64,000 nucleotides of DNA from Octopus sinensis (lineage: Eukaryota): NCBI RefSeq assembly GCF_006345805.1, contig NC_043007.1, positions 10,974,001 through 11,038,000 on the forward strand, given 5' to 3'. The notes under the pieces are model-generated. The model did not search any database. It worked only from the letters and a program-made list of their open reading frames with translations, and was not told the origin of the DNA. The position numbers and the translations under genes were made by a program. Positions within the stretch are counted from its first letter, which is position 1. The number at the start of each line of letters is the position of its first letter. Of the stretch, positions 13,251 through 26,630 are shown piece by piece.

Positions 13251-13587
13251 ATATATATATATATATATACATATGTAATTTTGGGGACAAATGGGTATAT
13301 ATCAATTAGTATGCTAATGTGTTGAGTAAAGCACTGGCACAGTTTGGGTTACCTAGTGTCATCCACAGTTGGGGTGTATTTCTGTTGGATCCACTTCAGG
13401 AATTCTGCAGGGGTGGTCGAGATGATAATCGATTAAGGAAACAGATGAATTTGGTATTAGCCTTTATTGTATAAGACAATCATTTCGACCCATCCTGCTG
13501 GCTTATGGGAAAAAATAAAAACATGACTACCTGAACTCAAGTTTTTCAGAGAGACACCATTTTATGTATGAATTTTATGTATGTCTG

Positions 13588-13915
13588 AAGGTGTGTGGCT
13601 TAGTGGTTAGGGGCATTCGGCTCATGATCGTAAGATTGTGAGTTCAATTCCTGGTGGCGTGTTGTGTTCTTGAGCAAGACACTTTATTCCACGTTGCTCC
13701 AGTCCACACAGCAGGCAAAAATGAGTAGTACCTGTATCTCAAAAGGGCCAGCCTTGTCACACTCTGTGTCACGCTAAGTCTCCCTGAGAGCTACGTTAAG
13801 GGTACGCGTGTCTGTGGAGTGCTCAGCCACTTGCACGTTAATTTCACGAGCAAGCTGTTCCGTCGATCGTATCAGCTGGGACCCTCGTCATCGCAACCGA
13901 CGGAGTGCTCCTATG
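13588..13915 (+). mobile_element. tRNA SINE: CORE-like body with the tail seen on the OR-type family
   Basis: Body matches 12475; tail matches 48128-48330 in reverse. Confidence 0.75.
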
Positions 13916-14100
13916 TATGAATAAAGAATAAACCTGATGTGAGCCAGATTGCAAAATTGATGCTATACAATATAAATGCACAGCATCCCATCTATAAGGG
14001 ACAGTCACAGGATTGGTTGAAACAATCGTCATACGCAAATAAAGACTAATACCAGACCCATTTTCTGTTTCCTTAATAGATTATACACACACACACACAT

Positions 14101-14133
<33 letters not shown>

Positions 14134-14394
14134 GCTTAATGTCCATTTCCCATGCTGGTTTGGTTACTGTTTGTGCAACACTACTTTTATATGTTTCCTA
14201 TTTGGAAATAGATAATAAAAATATTTTATTTTTGAAGTAGGAATATATACTGATAAACACATCACTCATGAACTTACTTATAAGTTCTTTTATTATTATT
14301 ATTATTATTATACATAAATCCTGACTCCAGCTGCAAGAAATATTTACTCTAAAATGCTAATGGACATTTTATGCATGCATGTATCTTTTTCTTT

Positions 14395-14602
14395 TTTCTT
14401 TTTTACTTGTTTCAGTCATTTGACTGCGGCCATGCTGGAGCACCGCCTTTAGTCGAGCAACTCGACCCCAGGACTTATTCTTTTGTAAGCCCAGTACTTA
14501 TTCTATCGGTCTCTTTTTGCCGAACCGCTAAGTGACGGGGACATAAAAACACCAGCATCGGTTGTCAAGAAATGCTAGGGGAACAAACACAGACACAAAC
14601 AT

Positions 14603-14639
<37 letters not shown>

Positions 14640-14845
14640 ATTTTAATCCAAACGGGAAAACAGAAAAAACAACAACACGTGGAACAATTACAGTATTATT
14701 ATTAATAGGCGCTCAGGAAAAGATGGAAGCAGGACATATATACGACAGGCTTCTTTCAGTTTCCGTCTACCAAATCCACTCACAAGGCATTGGTTGGCCC
14801 GGGGCTATAGCAGAAGACACTTGCCCAAGATGCCACGCAGTGAAG
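14395..14845 (-). mobile_element. tRNA SINE with internal (CA)n(TA)n and CAGCATGGCCGCAGTC tail; family-C fragment inserted at ~14635-14735
   Basis: Matches 21745-22146 and 46795-47198; insert matches 40612-40700. Confidence 0.75.
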
Positions 14846-15419
14846 ATAAATATACTCGTGTTCTTTTAACCGCTATAAAAAAACACATTTTCATAATTGC
14901 CGAAATAAATTTCAGTAACAAGTTGAAGAACGTGAAGAAAGAAAATAATTACTACATTAGTTTCTTTATGTACATTTAGCATTTCTAGTACAATCGGAAA
15001 GTAAAGTCATTTTGTCGTAGAGAATTACGACTTAAAATTCACACTAGCTAATCCTTCATACTAACTACTAGAGTTCACAACAATTCAAATAAGTCTTGTT
15101 GGATTTTTATCATAGACATGGGATAAAAAATAGCCAATATCTCAATGAGTAAGTGTAGTAGAATTCAGTACATCCAACTATCACTTTTGTGAGTGTTGTG
15201 GAGTTTAGTAACATCCTACGATTACTGAGTAATTTCCCAAAAAATCAGGGTTTTTATAACTACTCATATCTGAATTCTAAGAACCGTATTTCGTGAAAGA
15301 TTTCTTTGACTAAAGTTTAGAATTCATATGTGAGTAGTAATTTTAACCAATGAGATACCAACAATAATGCTTGTTCGGGTAAATGACCATTACATCATAT
15401 TGCTACCTTTTATGACTTG

Positions 15420-16235
15420 CTACACTGGCATCAGTTGGACGGTTTGACTGAGGACTGGCAAGCCAGGAGGCTGCGCCAGGCTCCAATCTGATCTGGCAGG
15501 GTTTCTACAGCTGGATGCCCTTCCTAACGCCAACCACTCCGAGAGTGTTGTGGGTGCTTTTTAAGTGCCACTGGCGTGAGAGCCAGTCAGGCGGGCCTGG
15601 CATCAATCATGTTTGGATAGTGCTTTTTATGTGTCACTGGCATGGGAACCAGTCAGGGGCCACTGGCGTCGACTGTGTTTGGATGATGCATTTTACATAC
15701 CATTGGCATGGGGAGCCAGTCAGGGGGCACTGGCCACAGCTACGATTTTGGTTTTACTTGACTCAACAGGTCTTCTCAAACATATCATCAAAGGTACTCT
15801 TAAATGGGCTGGACATGCAGCAATGGCATTGACCATGGTTGCAATGGGTCTTCTCAATCACAGCATATCTCCAAAGGTATTGGTCTTTTGTCATTGCCTC
15901 TGTGAGGCTCTATGTTCAAAGGTCATGCTTTACTACCTCATCCCATGTCTTCCTGGGTCTACCTCTTCTGCAGGTTCCTTCCACAGTTAGGTTGTGGCAC
16001 TTCCTCACACAGCTGTCCTCATCCATACGTAACACATGACCATACCAGTGCAGTCATCTCTCTTGCACATAACATTTGATGCTTTTTATACCTAACTTTT
16101 CTCTTGGGACACTCACACTCTGTCGTGTATGCACACTGACATTACACATCCAGCAGATCATACTAGCTTCATTTCTTTCAAGCCTCTGCATGTTCTCAGC
16201 ATTCATGGCCCATGTTTCCCTGCCATGTAGTATAT
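15420..16235 (-). pseudogene. RTE LINE 3' end: RT C-terminus plus repetitive 3' UTR
   Basis: LHGRETW..RLERNEASMICWMC..RGRPRKTWDEVVKHDL. Confidence 0.85.
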
Positions 16236-16239
16236 ATAT

Positions 16240-16667
16240 ATATATTTTTTCAATCCAAACAGTTTCCTTTAAAGGGATAGAAAACACCAAATTTTCCACT
16301 GGTTCTTCAGTTAAATACCCAATATTGCAGAGAAAAACTTATCACAATTCAAAAGGGTGTATACACAATATAGAAAGATGAAAAGAAAATTTAGATATAC
16401 AGTTGACATATTATAAATTCAATTTATTAACATTATAATATAATATAACAAATAAGAATACAAAAACAAATATTAATCCTACAATTTGTTTCGATTCATA
16501 CCCAATAATGAATTTATAAAAAATTCATGTTTATAGGTATGAATCTCATCAGGGTAATATTTGCTAAAAATCAGACAAAATTCCATGCAAGGATTGCTGA
16601 CTCATAGAATAAATTGAATTAAATATACTTTTGTTTGTAATCATGAGCGTTAATAATTTTAAGATAT

Positions 16668-16670
<3 letters not shown>
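16240..16670 (-). mobile_element. AT-rich ORF-less HHR element with 3' end at (TA)n
   Basis: HHR at 16471-16560. Confidence 0.6.
16471..16560 (-). ncRNA. Type I hammerhead ribozyme
   Basis: CUGAUGA-GAUUCAUACC..GGUAUGAAUC (10 bp)-GAA-ACAAAUUGU-A; stem I needs a 2-nt bulge. Confidence 0.8.
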
Positions 16671-16703
<33 letters not shown>

Positions 16704-17084
16704 TATTTAACGTCTGTTTCCATGCTAGCATGGGTTGGACAGTTCGACCGGGTTCTGGGAAGCCAGGAGGCTGCACCAGGCTCCAGTCTGATCTGGCAGT
16801 CTCATGGTCGAGGGATCATGAGTTTGAATCTGAGACTGGGTGATGCATGTTTTTATGAGTGAAACACCTAAGCTCCACACATCTCTGGCAGAAGGTAATG
16901 GTGAACTTCTGCTGACTCTTTTGCCACAACTTTCTCTCACTCTTTCCTAGCAGCTCACCTGCGAGAGACTGGTGTCTCATCCAAGTGGGGAAACTATACA
17001 CCAATGGAACCAGGAAACCGGCCCTTATGAGCCAGGCATGGCTCAAGAAGGAACAAACAGCAACTACATAATTACATTATCACC

Positions 17085-17395
17085 ATCACACCCTGTGTCT
17101 TCCTGGATCTACCTCTACCACAGGTTCCCTCCACAGTTAGAGACTGGCACTTCTTTATACAGCTGTCCTCATCTATGTGCATTGCATGACTATAACAGCA
17201 TAATCGTCTCTCTTGCACACCACATCCGTTGCCTCTTATGCCCAACTCTTCTCTCAAGATGTTGTACATGCACACTGACATTGCACATCCAGTGAAGCAT
17301 ACTGGTTTCATTTTTTTCAAGCCTACACATATCCTCGACTGTCACAGTCCATGTTTCACTGCCATGTAGCATAGCTGTTCACATACAGGCCTCAT
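17085..17395 (-). pseudogene. RTE LINE RT C-terminal fragment
   Basis: MLHGSETW..RLEKNETSMLHWMC..RGRSRKT. Confidence 0.8.
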
Positions 17396-17508
17396 ACAAT
17401 CTTACAAACTCCTCTTACAAAGCTTAATATATTCTCCTCTCACCAAGCACAAGCACAACATTTTCGCCTCTCACACACTAGCTATTGGTATTTAGCATTG
17501 CAGCTTTT

Positions 17509-18362
17509 TATTTCTTTACTGCCCACAAGAGGCTACAGACAGAGAGGATAAACAAGGACAGACAAACGGATTAAGTCGATTATATCGATCCCAGTGCGTA
17601 ACTGGTATGTATTTGATCGACCCCCGGCGGAATTTGAAATCAGAATTTAATGGCAGATGAAATACTATTTCTTTACTACCCACAAGGGGCTACACACAGA
17701 GAGGATAAACAAGGACAGACAAACGGATTAAGTCGATTATATCGATCCCAGTGTGTAACTGGTATGTATTTAATCGACCCCCGGCGGAATTTGAAATCAG
17801 AATTTAATGGCAGATGAAATATTATTTCTTTACTACCCACAAGGGGCTAAACACAGAGAGGATAAACAAGGACAGACAAACGGATTAAGTCGATTATATC
17901 GATCCCAGTGTGTAACTGGTATGTATTAATCGACCCCCGGCGGAATTTGAAATCAGAATTTAATGGCAGATGAAATACTATTTCTTTACTTCCCACAAGG
18001 GGCTAAACACAGAGAGGATAAACAAGGACAGACAAACGGATTAAGTCGGTTACATCGATCCCAGTGCGTAACTGGTATGTATTTAATCGACCCCCGGTGG
18101 AATTTGAAATCAGAATTTAATGGCAGATGAAATACTATTTCTTTACTACCCACAAGGGGCTAAACACAGAGAGGATAAACAAGGACAGACAAACGGATTA
18201 AGTTGACTACATCGACCCCAGTACGTAACTGGTACTTAATTTATCGACCCCAAATGGATAAAAGGCAAAGTCAACCTTGGCGGAATTTGAACCCAGAACG
18301 TAACGGCAGACGAAATATCGCTAAGCATTTCACCCGGCATGCTAACGTTTCTGCCAGCTGGC
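17509..18362 (-). repeat. Tandem array of family-M SINE bodies: four ~157-bp deleted units plus one intact copy
   Basis: Units start at 17509, 17666, 17823, 17979, 18136. Confidence 0.9.
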
Positions 18363-18419
18363 AGCATTGCAGCTTCTGCAAAAGTGAGTTTGTAACTGTG
18401 TCAGTGACACATAAAAGCA

Positions 18420-18820
18420 CCCATGCAGTGCCACATAGAAGCACCCAGCACATTCTGTAAAGTGGTTGGCATTAGGAAGGGCATCCAGCTATAGAAACCA
18501 TGCCAAATCAGACTGGAGCCTAGTGCAGTTGCTCCGCTTGCCAGGTCTGATCAAACTGTCCAACCCCTGCCAGCATGGAAGACAGACGTTAGATGATGAT
18601 GATGGTATTGTTGTTGTTGGCGGCGGCGGCGGCGGTGGTGGTGGTGGTGGTGGTGATGGTGGTGGTGGTGGTGGTGGTGGTGACGACGATGGTGGTGGTG
18701 ATGATGATGATGATGATGACGATGAGAATGACGATGAGGATGACGATGATGATGATGATGATGATGGTGGTGGTGTTGGTGGTGTTGGTGGTGGTGATGA
18801 TGATGATGATGAGGAGGATC
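18420..18820 (+). mobile_element. RTE 3' UTR whose (GAT)n tail runs into a (GGT)n/(GAT)n expansion
   Basis: GGAAGGGCATCCAGC motif, then trinucleotide tract. Confidence 0.75.
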
Positions 18821-20448
18821 TGTAAATAATCATGTTACTATAATCTAAATAGTGTGATTGGTTTTATTTGAAAGCAGTACATAGCCAGACCAAATAATCT
18901 AGGTCCCAACTAGCTAAGACTGCAGCTGTGCCAGCACCTGCAATTAGAGTGAAGATATAACAGAGAGAAAATGGAAAAAAAGAAGAGGAATTGGTCTCCA
19001 TACAGTACTTTCAGAGAGTCCTATATTGGACCCTGAAAAGATAAACTGTAAAGAATTAACCTTAGAAGGATTTGAACTCAGAACATAGAGAGCTGGCAAA
19101 ATTGCCACAGGGCATTCAATTCGACCCCCTAATAACCCTGCCAAATGTATGTATGTATGTAGGTATATATGTATGTACGTATGTATGTATGTACATATGA
19201 ACGTACATATGTATGTATGTATGTATGAATTCATGCATGTATGTACATACGTAGGTATGTACGCACATACGTATGTATATATGTATGTATGTTTATGTAT
19301 GCATGTATGTAGGTATATATGTGTGGGCGTGTATGTGTATGCATGTATGTTTGTGTATGTATCTTATGTATGTGTATGTGTATGCATCTTATGCATGTGT
19401 ATGCATGTATGAACGTGCTTGCATGTGTGTGTGTATGTATGTATGCATGGCTGGCTGGCTGGCTGGCTGGATAGCTATAATAAAACTGAAGTGTCTTTGT
19501 ATAAATATTTTCATTTGTATATTTAATATTTATTACTGTAATATCTAATGACATTGGAGAGAAATCTGGATTTCCAGGAAACTGGTGAAGCTATCAGCAA
19601 CAATGGTAATAAAATCCAAACGCATTTTTGCCATGTTAGTCTGACATTTGGAAAACATGTATTTCTCTCTCCCTTCCTCTCTATCTTTTCCTCTCATCCC
19701 CTTTCTTCCACATTTCTATATCCCATATTCACTGTAATTATCTCCTCATCCTCTCCCTACATTTTAACATAGTTGCTTCCTCTTCCTTCAGCTATTAATT
19801 GACAACTCTGACAAAGGACTACTATCCAAAATGTCAAAGCTTTTTCATTCCTTGTGGCAACCAAATTTATTGACACCTGCGAACTTTCCTTGATTTACTA
19901 ACATATCCAATCATGCTAATGATTATGGATAGACTCAGTGGTACAACTAGAGTGCATGTTATCTGAGGCAACCCTTGAATTAGTTACAAAATCTATTGAA
20001 GCCTCAGACTGTGTTGGAAAGAAGAACTGATGGTAGAAGTTCTAATGTTTATATTTATGGTACTACCCACCAGTATCCAAGCATACATTTCTTTTCATGT
20101 AGGCAGGATCAGAAAATTTCATTTTGATAGTTTAGGTAGGTATCCAGGAGAGAGTTCTGTAGTATAGTTCATTTCTCTGCCAAGCATAGCCTGCACTTTC
20201 TACTGCTATTAAAGTAAGGCTTGCACTTCACTACTCGCCACTTGATGCTGTGACAATTCTTTAGTCTGTAGTACAATCTGTAGTATTTTCTTTCAATGAT
20301 TATATGTGACCTTTCCACTGAAAAGAATCACCTGGAATGGATTTCTCTACTATGGTCTTACCACTAAGAAAGGATTGTTCTCAAGAATATTTAGCAAACA
20401 CCAGAACGTAAGCGAGCTAGACAAATGAAAAGATACAAAATAAAGATT

Positions 20449-20522
20449 AATCACAAACCCGATTTCGTTGTTACCACTTACGTAATTACTTACATAATTG
20501 TCCGCAACTCATCAGTGTAATT
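20449..20522 (-). ncRNA. Type I hammerhead ribozyme in PLE 3' UTR
   Basis: aauuaca-CUGAUGA-GUUG..CAAC-GAA-AUCGGGU-U-ugugauu; 7-bp stem I. Confidence 0.8.
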
Positions 20523-21270
20523 GTCAGAGCAAAAGTGCTAGTGTGTGTGTGGAGTGGTGTGGGATGGTGTGGGGTGGGGTGATGTGATGTGGTGGTGTGG
20601 TGTAGTTGTTTGGGGATGTGGGGGGTGGCAGTGAGTGTAGGGATGGGGTATGTGGAAGTAGGATGTGTGGGAGTGGGGTATGTGGGAGTGGCATGTGTGG
20701 GGGTGGGTGTAGATGGAAGGGGTATCAATGAAGAGAGAAGATGGATAGGATTGAGAGAGGAAGTAGGTGTCAAATGAAGAGAGGGGAAGAGTTGAGCCCA
20801 TGTGGCCCAAAGGAGCAAAGTAAGAAGATTAATTCCTGTTCATTGTAAATGTGGGAATCCAGTTGGCTCCGTTGCAAAGACAATCCAAACACAGACAGGT
20901 GTAGAGAATGACCGGTAGAGCGGAAATGGTATGAGACCAGGGTGTCATAGTCACATCCGATGTCAGTCAAGCGGCGTCCCATTTTACTGATGTACAGAGA
21001 AGGGCCGAAAGAGCAGGAGGGGCAGTAAATGACATTGCTAGACGTGCATGTAAAGGAGTCAGTGATATGATAGGGACGATTATTGGTACCTGTGAGGATA
21101 GTGGTGTTGGAGAGGTAGGGGCATGTGCAGAAGCATGGGTGGGAGCAGGGGAACAAGCCAGGTTGGGAGGTGGGGTTAGGGAAGAAACTGCGGACCAGGT
21201 CATGCAGGTTGTGGGCTCGTTTGAAGGAGGGAAGGGGTGGGTTGGGGAAGATGTGCAAAGTGGAGGGGCT
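20449..21270 (-). mobile_element. Penelope-like element 3' fragment: GIY-YIG, (CCA/CAC)-rich tract, HHR
   Basis: FKRAHNLHDLVRS..FTCTSSNVIYC..LYI; HHR downstream on the same strand. Confidence 0.85.
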
Positions 21271-21284
21271 GGACTATATATATA

Positions 21285-23010
21285 TAGGGTGCAATGGGTA
21301 AATTGCTGCTCTTTTATATTTTTAATTTCGTGCATGTACATTGTTTGTTTTTGATTTTGTCGACTACACAGTATAGTAGGGTCAGTTGAGCACTGCTAGT
21401 GGGAAAAAGAGCACCATGACACAATTCTCTCTGCCATAAATTTGGAAATGACATGCTGTACTGCTTGGCATTAGTATCAGAATCTCCAATACAAACATTT
21501 CAGAGTGTTTAGGTGTCAATCTGAGGATAGTGCAGAGGATTTGGAAAGAGCTGGATGAGTCTAACGGTGATTACCAAGTTATAACAGCTCAGAAAACTCA
21601 CTCTGATTGTTCTAAGAAAAGAACTCCTGAATTTGTTTATGAGATCCAAGCCATAATTGACAACGATCTCTTCAAGTCAATCAGGTCTATTACCAAGGAC
21701 ATGGGAGTGTCTGAGGTCCTTATCAGGCAGGTATACTCTTTACTCTTTTACTCTTTTACTCTATTCAGTCATTTGACTGCAGCCATGCTGGAGCACCGCC
21801 TTTAGTCGAGCAAATCGACCCCGGGACTTATTTTTTCTAAGCCTAGTACTTGTTCTATCGGTCTCTTTTGCCGAACCACTAAGTGACGGGGACATAAACA
21901 CACCAGCATCAGTTGTCAAGCAATGCTAGGGGACAAACACAGACACACAATCACACACACACACATATATATATATATACATACGACAGGCTTCTTTCAG
22001 TTTCCGTCTACCAAATTCACTCACAAGGCATTGGTCGGCCCGGGGCTAAAGCAGAAGACACTTGCCCAAGATGCAACGCAATGGGACTGAACCCACAACC
22101 ATGTGGTTTGTAAACAAGCTACTTACCACACAGCCACTCCTGCGCCTATGCATGAAGGTAATGCATGAAGACATTTGGTATTCCTCATACAAGATGAGAA
22201 AGGGCCAATTTTTACCCCAAGCCATCTAGGACAAGAGGAAAGACCGTGCTACAAAGCTTTTAAACAAGCTCAAGCATCCTTTCCAACCAAATATGCTTTG
22301 TTATTTCTCAGACGAGAAAAATTTCAGCCAGAATCAGATGGTGAACACACAGAACAACTATTGGCTTGTCGTGTCCCCAAAAACATGTACCGAGAGAGAT
22401 AAAAATCAAACATCCTGTCAACATCATTGTATTTGGAGTGATCACTAGTGGTGGTGACATTATGCCTGCATTTATTTTTCCCATGGGGCCTGAGACTCAA
22501 CACTGAGGCCTATATCAAGTGCCTGGAGGAGGTAGTGCTGCCCTGGGTTAAGAGTGGCTGATCGAAGACCCTATGTAAAGCAACAGGACTCTGCACCATG
22601 CCACACAAGCAGGAGAACCCAGTCATGGCTGTCAGACAATTTCTGTGACCACATCACCCTAACATCTGGCCACCTAACTCCCCAGACTGCAGCTCCCTTG
22701 ATTATTATGTGTAGGCACAGTTGAGGGAGAGATTAACAAAACTCCTCATAACACTAAAGATGAATTAAAGGCAAAAATTATGGCAGCATTCACCAACTTA
22801 AACAAGGAGACCATCCAGAAGAGTTCCTGGAGATTCTGAATTCATCTGGGGGCCGTGGTTGAAGCCAATGGTGATTTTATTGAATAAATTTCCTCTTTAG
22901 TATTTGAAGATATTTTAATGTAATTTTGGTAAATATATCTGTTAAAATGAGAAGTCAATGTTATTTTCATTTTTGCATAATGTAGATGACAGTTTATTCA
23001 CCGCACCCTG
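21285..23010 (+). mobile_element. Degenerate mariner-like transposon, probably DD37D/maT
   Basis: TA-flanked imperfect (C/T)AGGGTGC TIRs; FSDEK, QQDSAPCH, WPPNSPDC..LDY motifs. Confidence 0.8.
21745..22146 (-). mobile_element. tRNA SINE nested in the mariner
   Basis: Interrupts the transposase remnant. Confidence 0.8.
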
Positions 23011-23390
23011 TATACACACACACATACATGCACACAGTACAAACACACAGAGGCACACACGTATACACACACACACACACACACACATTCACTCACACAC
23101 ACAAGCACATATGTACACACACACATAATTAGATAGAAAAATAAGATTAAAAAATCCAGGTAGATATCAATTAAGCAATCAATAGAAAAGAATATAGTTA
23201 AATTTCCAATGCCAGTAAATCTAAGCAGAATGCAAATCCCAGGTAAATCCTCATTAACGACAGGTAAATCTGACAATCCTTTTGTGGAATTTCAAAAAAT
23301 TCAGAGTATTTAACAACATCAAATAATGAATGAAGAAAATCATATCTTTATTTTAGATCTCACCTTAAAAATGGTTTCAATTGTTATATA

Positions 23391-23421
<31 letters not shown>

Positions 23422-23445
23422 AATATATATATATATAATATATAA

Positions 23446-23489
<44 letters not shown>

Positions 23490-23505
23490 GATTATAATAT
23501 ATATA

Positions 23506-23541
<36 letters not shown>

Positions 23542-23625
23542 TGTATGTATGTTACCTGCCACTCTTTGGGTCTTCTAGACACCTCTCATGCATATATATA
23601 TATATATATACATATATAAAAGACA

Positions 23626-24510
23626 GAGATCATGGGCCAGGACGTCGGAGGGGTCCCCAGCATCAGTGTCGGCGACCACAGCTTGCAGGTGGTGAACGAG
23701 TCCACTTACCTGGGATCGATGGTCTCCAGCAGCCTGTCCCTCGAGCCAGAGCTGAACAGACAGATTGGGAAGGCTGCTGCTGCCATGGCTAAGCTCTCCA
23801 GGAGAGTGTGGGAAAACAACATGCTCACAATAACCACCAAGATTGCAGTGTACCGAGCCTGCGTGCTGAGCACCCTACTCTACGGCAGCGAGAGCTGGAC
23901 AACATACACCCGGCAAGAATGCCGCCTTAGCGGCTTCCACATGCGGTGTCTTCGATGGATCCTTGGCATCTCCTGGAAGGACCGAGTACAAAACGGAGTC
24001 ATCCTAGAACAGACTAATATGCCAAGCATGCATGCCCTCCTCGTGCGGAGACGACTGCACTGGCTCGGACACGTCTGCTGCATGCAGGACGGTTGCATGC
24101 CTAAAGACATCCTGTACAGCAAACTCACTACGGGATCCCGACCCAAGGGACGTCCACAGCTACGATACAGGGATGTGTGCAAGCGCGACCTGAGGACTGC
24201 CAACATCTGTGTGGACACGTTGGAGGTAACAGCTGCTGACCGCTCTGCCTGGCGTCGGACAGTGAGGAAAGGGCGTTCCATGGCTGAGGAAAAGAGAGCA
24301 CAGCTGTGCCGGACAGGCGGGACAGGAGGAGGACAACTGCAGCAACACCCCACACGTACCCATCGATGTTCGTGTGCACAGCAACTGTACCAGGGACTGC
24401 CACTCTAGAATTGGACTGTTCAGTCACAGCAGACGCTGCTCATCATCAAAGTAGGCCCCACCCTTGGCGCGACCCATTGTCTATCAAGACAGACGGGGGA
24501 AAAAAGAAGA
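23626..24510 (+). pseudogene. RTE-BovB-like LINE 3' fragment
   Basis: YLGS..IGKAAAAMAKL..LLYGSESW..GRPQLRYRDVCKRD; terminal [14 protein letters not shown] in a shifted frame. Confidence 0.9.
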
Positions 24511-24849
24511 GATATACATATATACATACATATATATACATATATATATATACATATATATATACATATATATATACACACATAAATATACATACATATC
24601 CATACACACATATACATACATACATAGATATATATATATATATAGATATACGAATATACATACATATATATATATATATATACACACATATATACACATA
24701 TATACATAAATATATATGTGTATATATAATGTGTAAAATTTGAATGGAATCAGTTGGATACTTCTCAAGTTTTAGTGATGCACACATACAGACAAACACA
24801 CACATTCAAAGCGTTATATATTATATATGTGTTATATATTATATATATT

Positions 24850-25262
24850 AGGCGGCGAGCTGGCAGAGACGTTAGCACGCCGGGCGAAGTGCTTCGCGGT
24901 ATTTTGCCCATCGCTATGTTCTGAGTTCAAATTCCGCCGAGGTCGACTTTGCCTTTCATCCTTTCGGGGTCGATAAATTAAGTACCAGTTACGCACTGGG
25001 GTCGATGTAATCGACTTAATCCGTGTGTCTGTCCTTGTTTGTCCCCTCTATGTTTAGCCCCTTGTGGGTAGTAAAGAAATACGTATTTCGTCTGCTGCTA
25101 CGTTCTGAGTTCAAATTCCGCCGAGGTCGACTTTGCCTTTCATCCTTTCGGGGTCGATAAATTAAGTACCAGTTACACACTGGGGTCGATGTAATCGACT
25201 TAATCTGTGTCTGTCCTTGTTTGTCCCCTCTATGTTTAGCCCCTTGTGGGTAGTAAAGAAAC
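24850..25262 (+). mobile_element. Family-M SINE, partial dimer
   Basis: Second unit restarts at gtatttcgtctgc. Confidence 0.85.
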
Positions 25263-25622
25263 GTATATTATATATGTGTGTGTGTGTGTGTGTATGTATA
25301 TATATATATATATATATATACACTATTACCACAGCGCCAGAACTATAAAAAAAAAAACATCACTACACCACTCGTATGCCAATCATAATACTACAATGCC
25401 TACCACCACCACCACCACCACCACCACCATAATCAGCACCATCACTATCCCCCATCATGTTCACCACCACCACAATCGCTGTTGCAGCATTCTGACCCAT
25501 TAATGAGAAAAAGCAAGACAGATGAAATATTATAACAGACTTCTATGTAATTGTATACAGCGTTGGTTGTTTGTAAAATGTCTACATCAAAGCATGTTGC
25601 GAACTGTGTATGTGTATGTGTA

Positions 25623-25660
<38 letters not shown>

Positions 25661-25771
25661 GTGTGTGTGTGTGCATATGAGTATATCATAAGATTTGAAC
25701 ATGCAGTAGCATATACATATGTGTGTGTGTGTATTACATACAGTTTTGTGATATATATATATATTTTTTTT

Positions 25772-26397
25772 CTAGTTTCAGCTCAGAGCTGCGGCCATGC
25801 TGATGCACTGCCGTTTTGTGCTACACTGTTATTGCGACGAACCTCGTCTAATATGTGGCACTTGGTGGAGAATGGAGTTTGATAGAGCTACTCTCATTTG
25901 CACCTTTTGCCGTGAGGTAGGTTCATTTGGGACTCTTGAGAGGAAGATGTCCAGCTTTGATTTAAAAACCGCTACATCTATTTTGTGCAAGTTCCTCAGA
26001 CTCTTTGGGAGAATATTAAAAAGCTGTGGGCCCTGTTGCAGAAGCTGGTCCTGAAGCGTGATGGCATTGCTGGGTTTCTTTGGCACTATGCAGTGTCGTC
26101 CCGTTCTAGCATTGGTGTAGCTTACAATGCCAAAATTTGGCACAATTCCTTCCAGGATCTTCCAGACATATATTACTGCATACCTCTCCCGTCTTCTCTC
26201 CAGGGAGTAGAGTCTTAGCTGTTTCAACCTTTCCCAGTAGCTGAGCTGTTGCAAAGAGACGATCTTCTTTGTGAACCTTCTCTGGATTGCTTCAAGGTCC
26301 GCTGTTAATTTTACACTGGTGGGTAACCATAGCTGTGAGCAGTAATCCAGGCGACTGAGGACGAATGTCCACCAGAGGACCATCATAGTTTCCTTGT
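25772..26397 (-). pseudogene. CR1/L2-group LINE 3' end
   Basis: LDYCSQLW..YSLERRRERY..GPQLFNILP..VFKSKLD; tail CAGCATGGCCGCAGCTCTGAGCTGAAACTAG. Confidence 0.9.
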
Positions 26398-26416
26398 ATA
26401 TATATATATATATATA

Positions 26417-26596
26417 TTCACTGCTTGGAATCGAATTCAGAATCTTGGGGTTAGTAGTCCTCACTCTTAACCACTACACCATATGCCCACGGGCATATGG
26501 TATAGTGGTTAAGAGTATGAGCTACTAACCCCAAGATTTCAAGTTCGATTCCAAGCAGGGACCTGAATATAATAATAATAATAATAATAATAATAA

Positions 26597-26630
<34 letters not shown>

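Noticed and set aside
15250-15345. Imperfect hairpin as a MITE or pre-miRNA
   Set aside because: No TSD, single copy here, and common by chance in AT-rich DNA.
17509-18362. CRISPR-like array (also considered for 5109-5330)
   Set aside because: No unique spacers, eukaryotic context, units are SINE bodies or simple tandem repeats.
18489-18833. Gly/Asp-rich or Pro/Ser-rich ORFs (also 48990-49307 and 63533-63819)
   Set aside because: Trinucleotide-repeat expansions, one of them a LINE tail.
26491-26565. Functional tRNA gene (also other tRNA-like heads)
   Set aside because: Acceptor stem does not close and copies are divergent; these are repeat heads.
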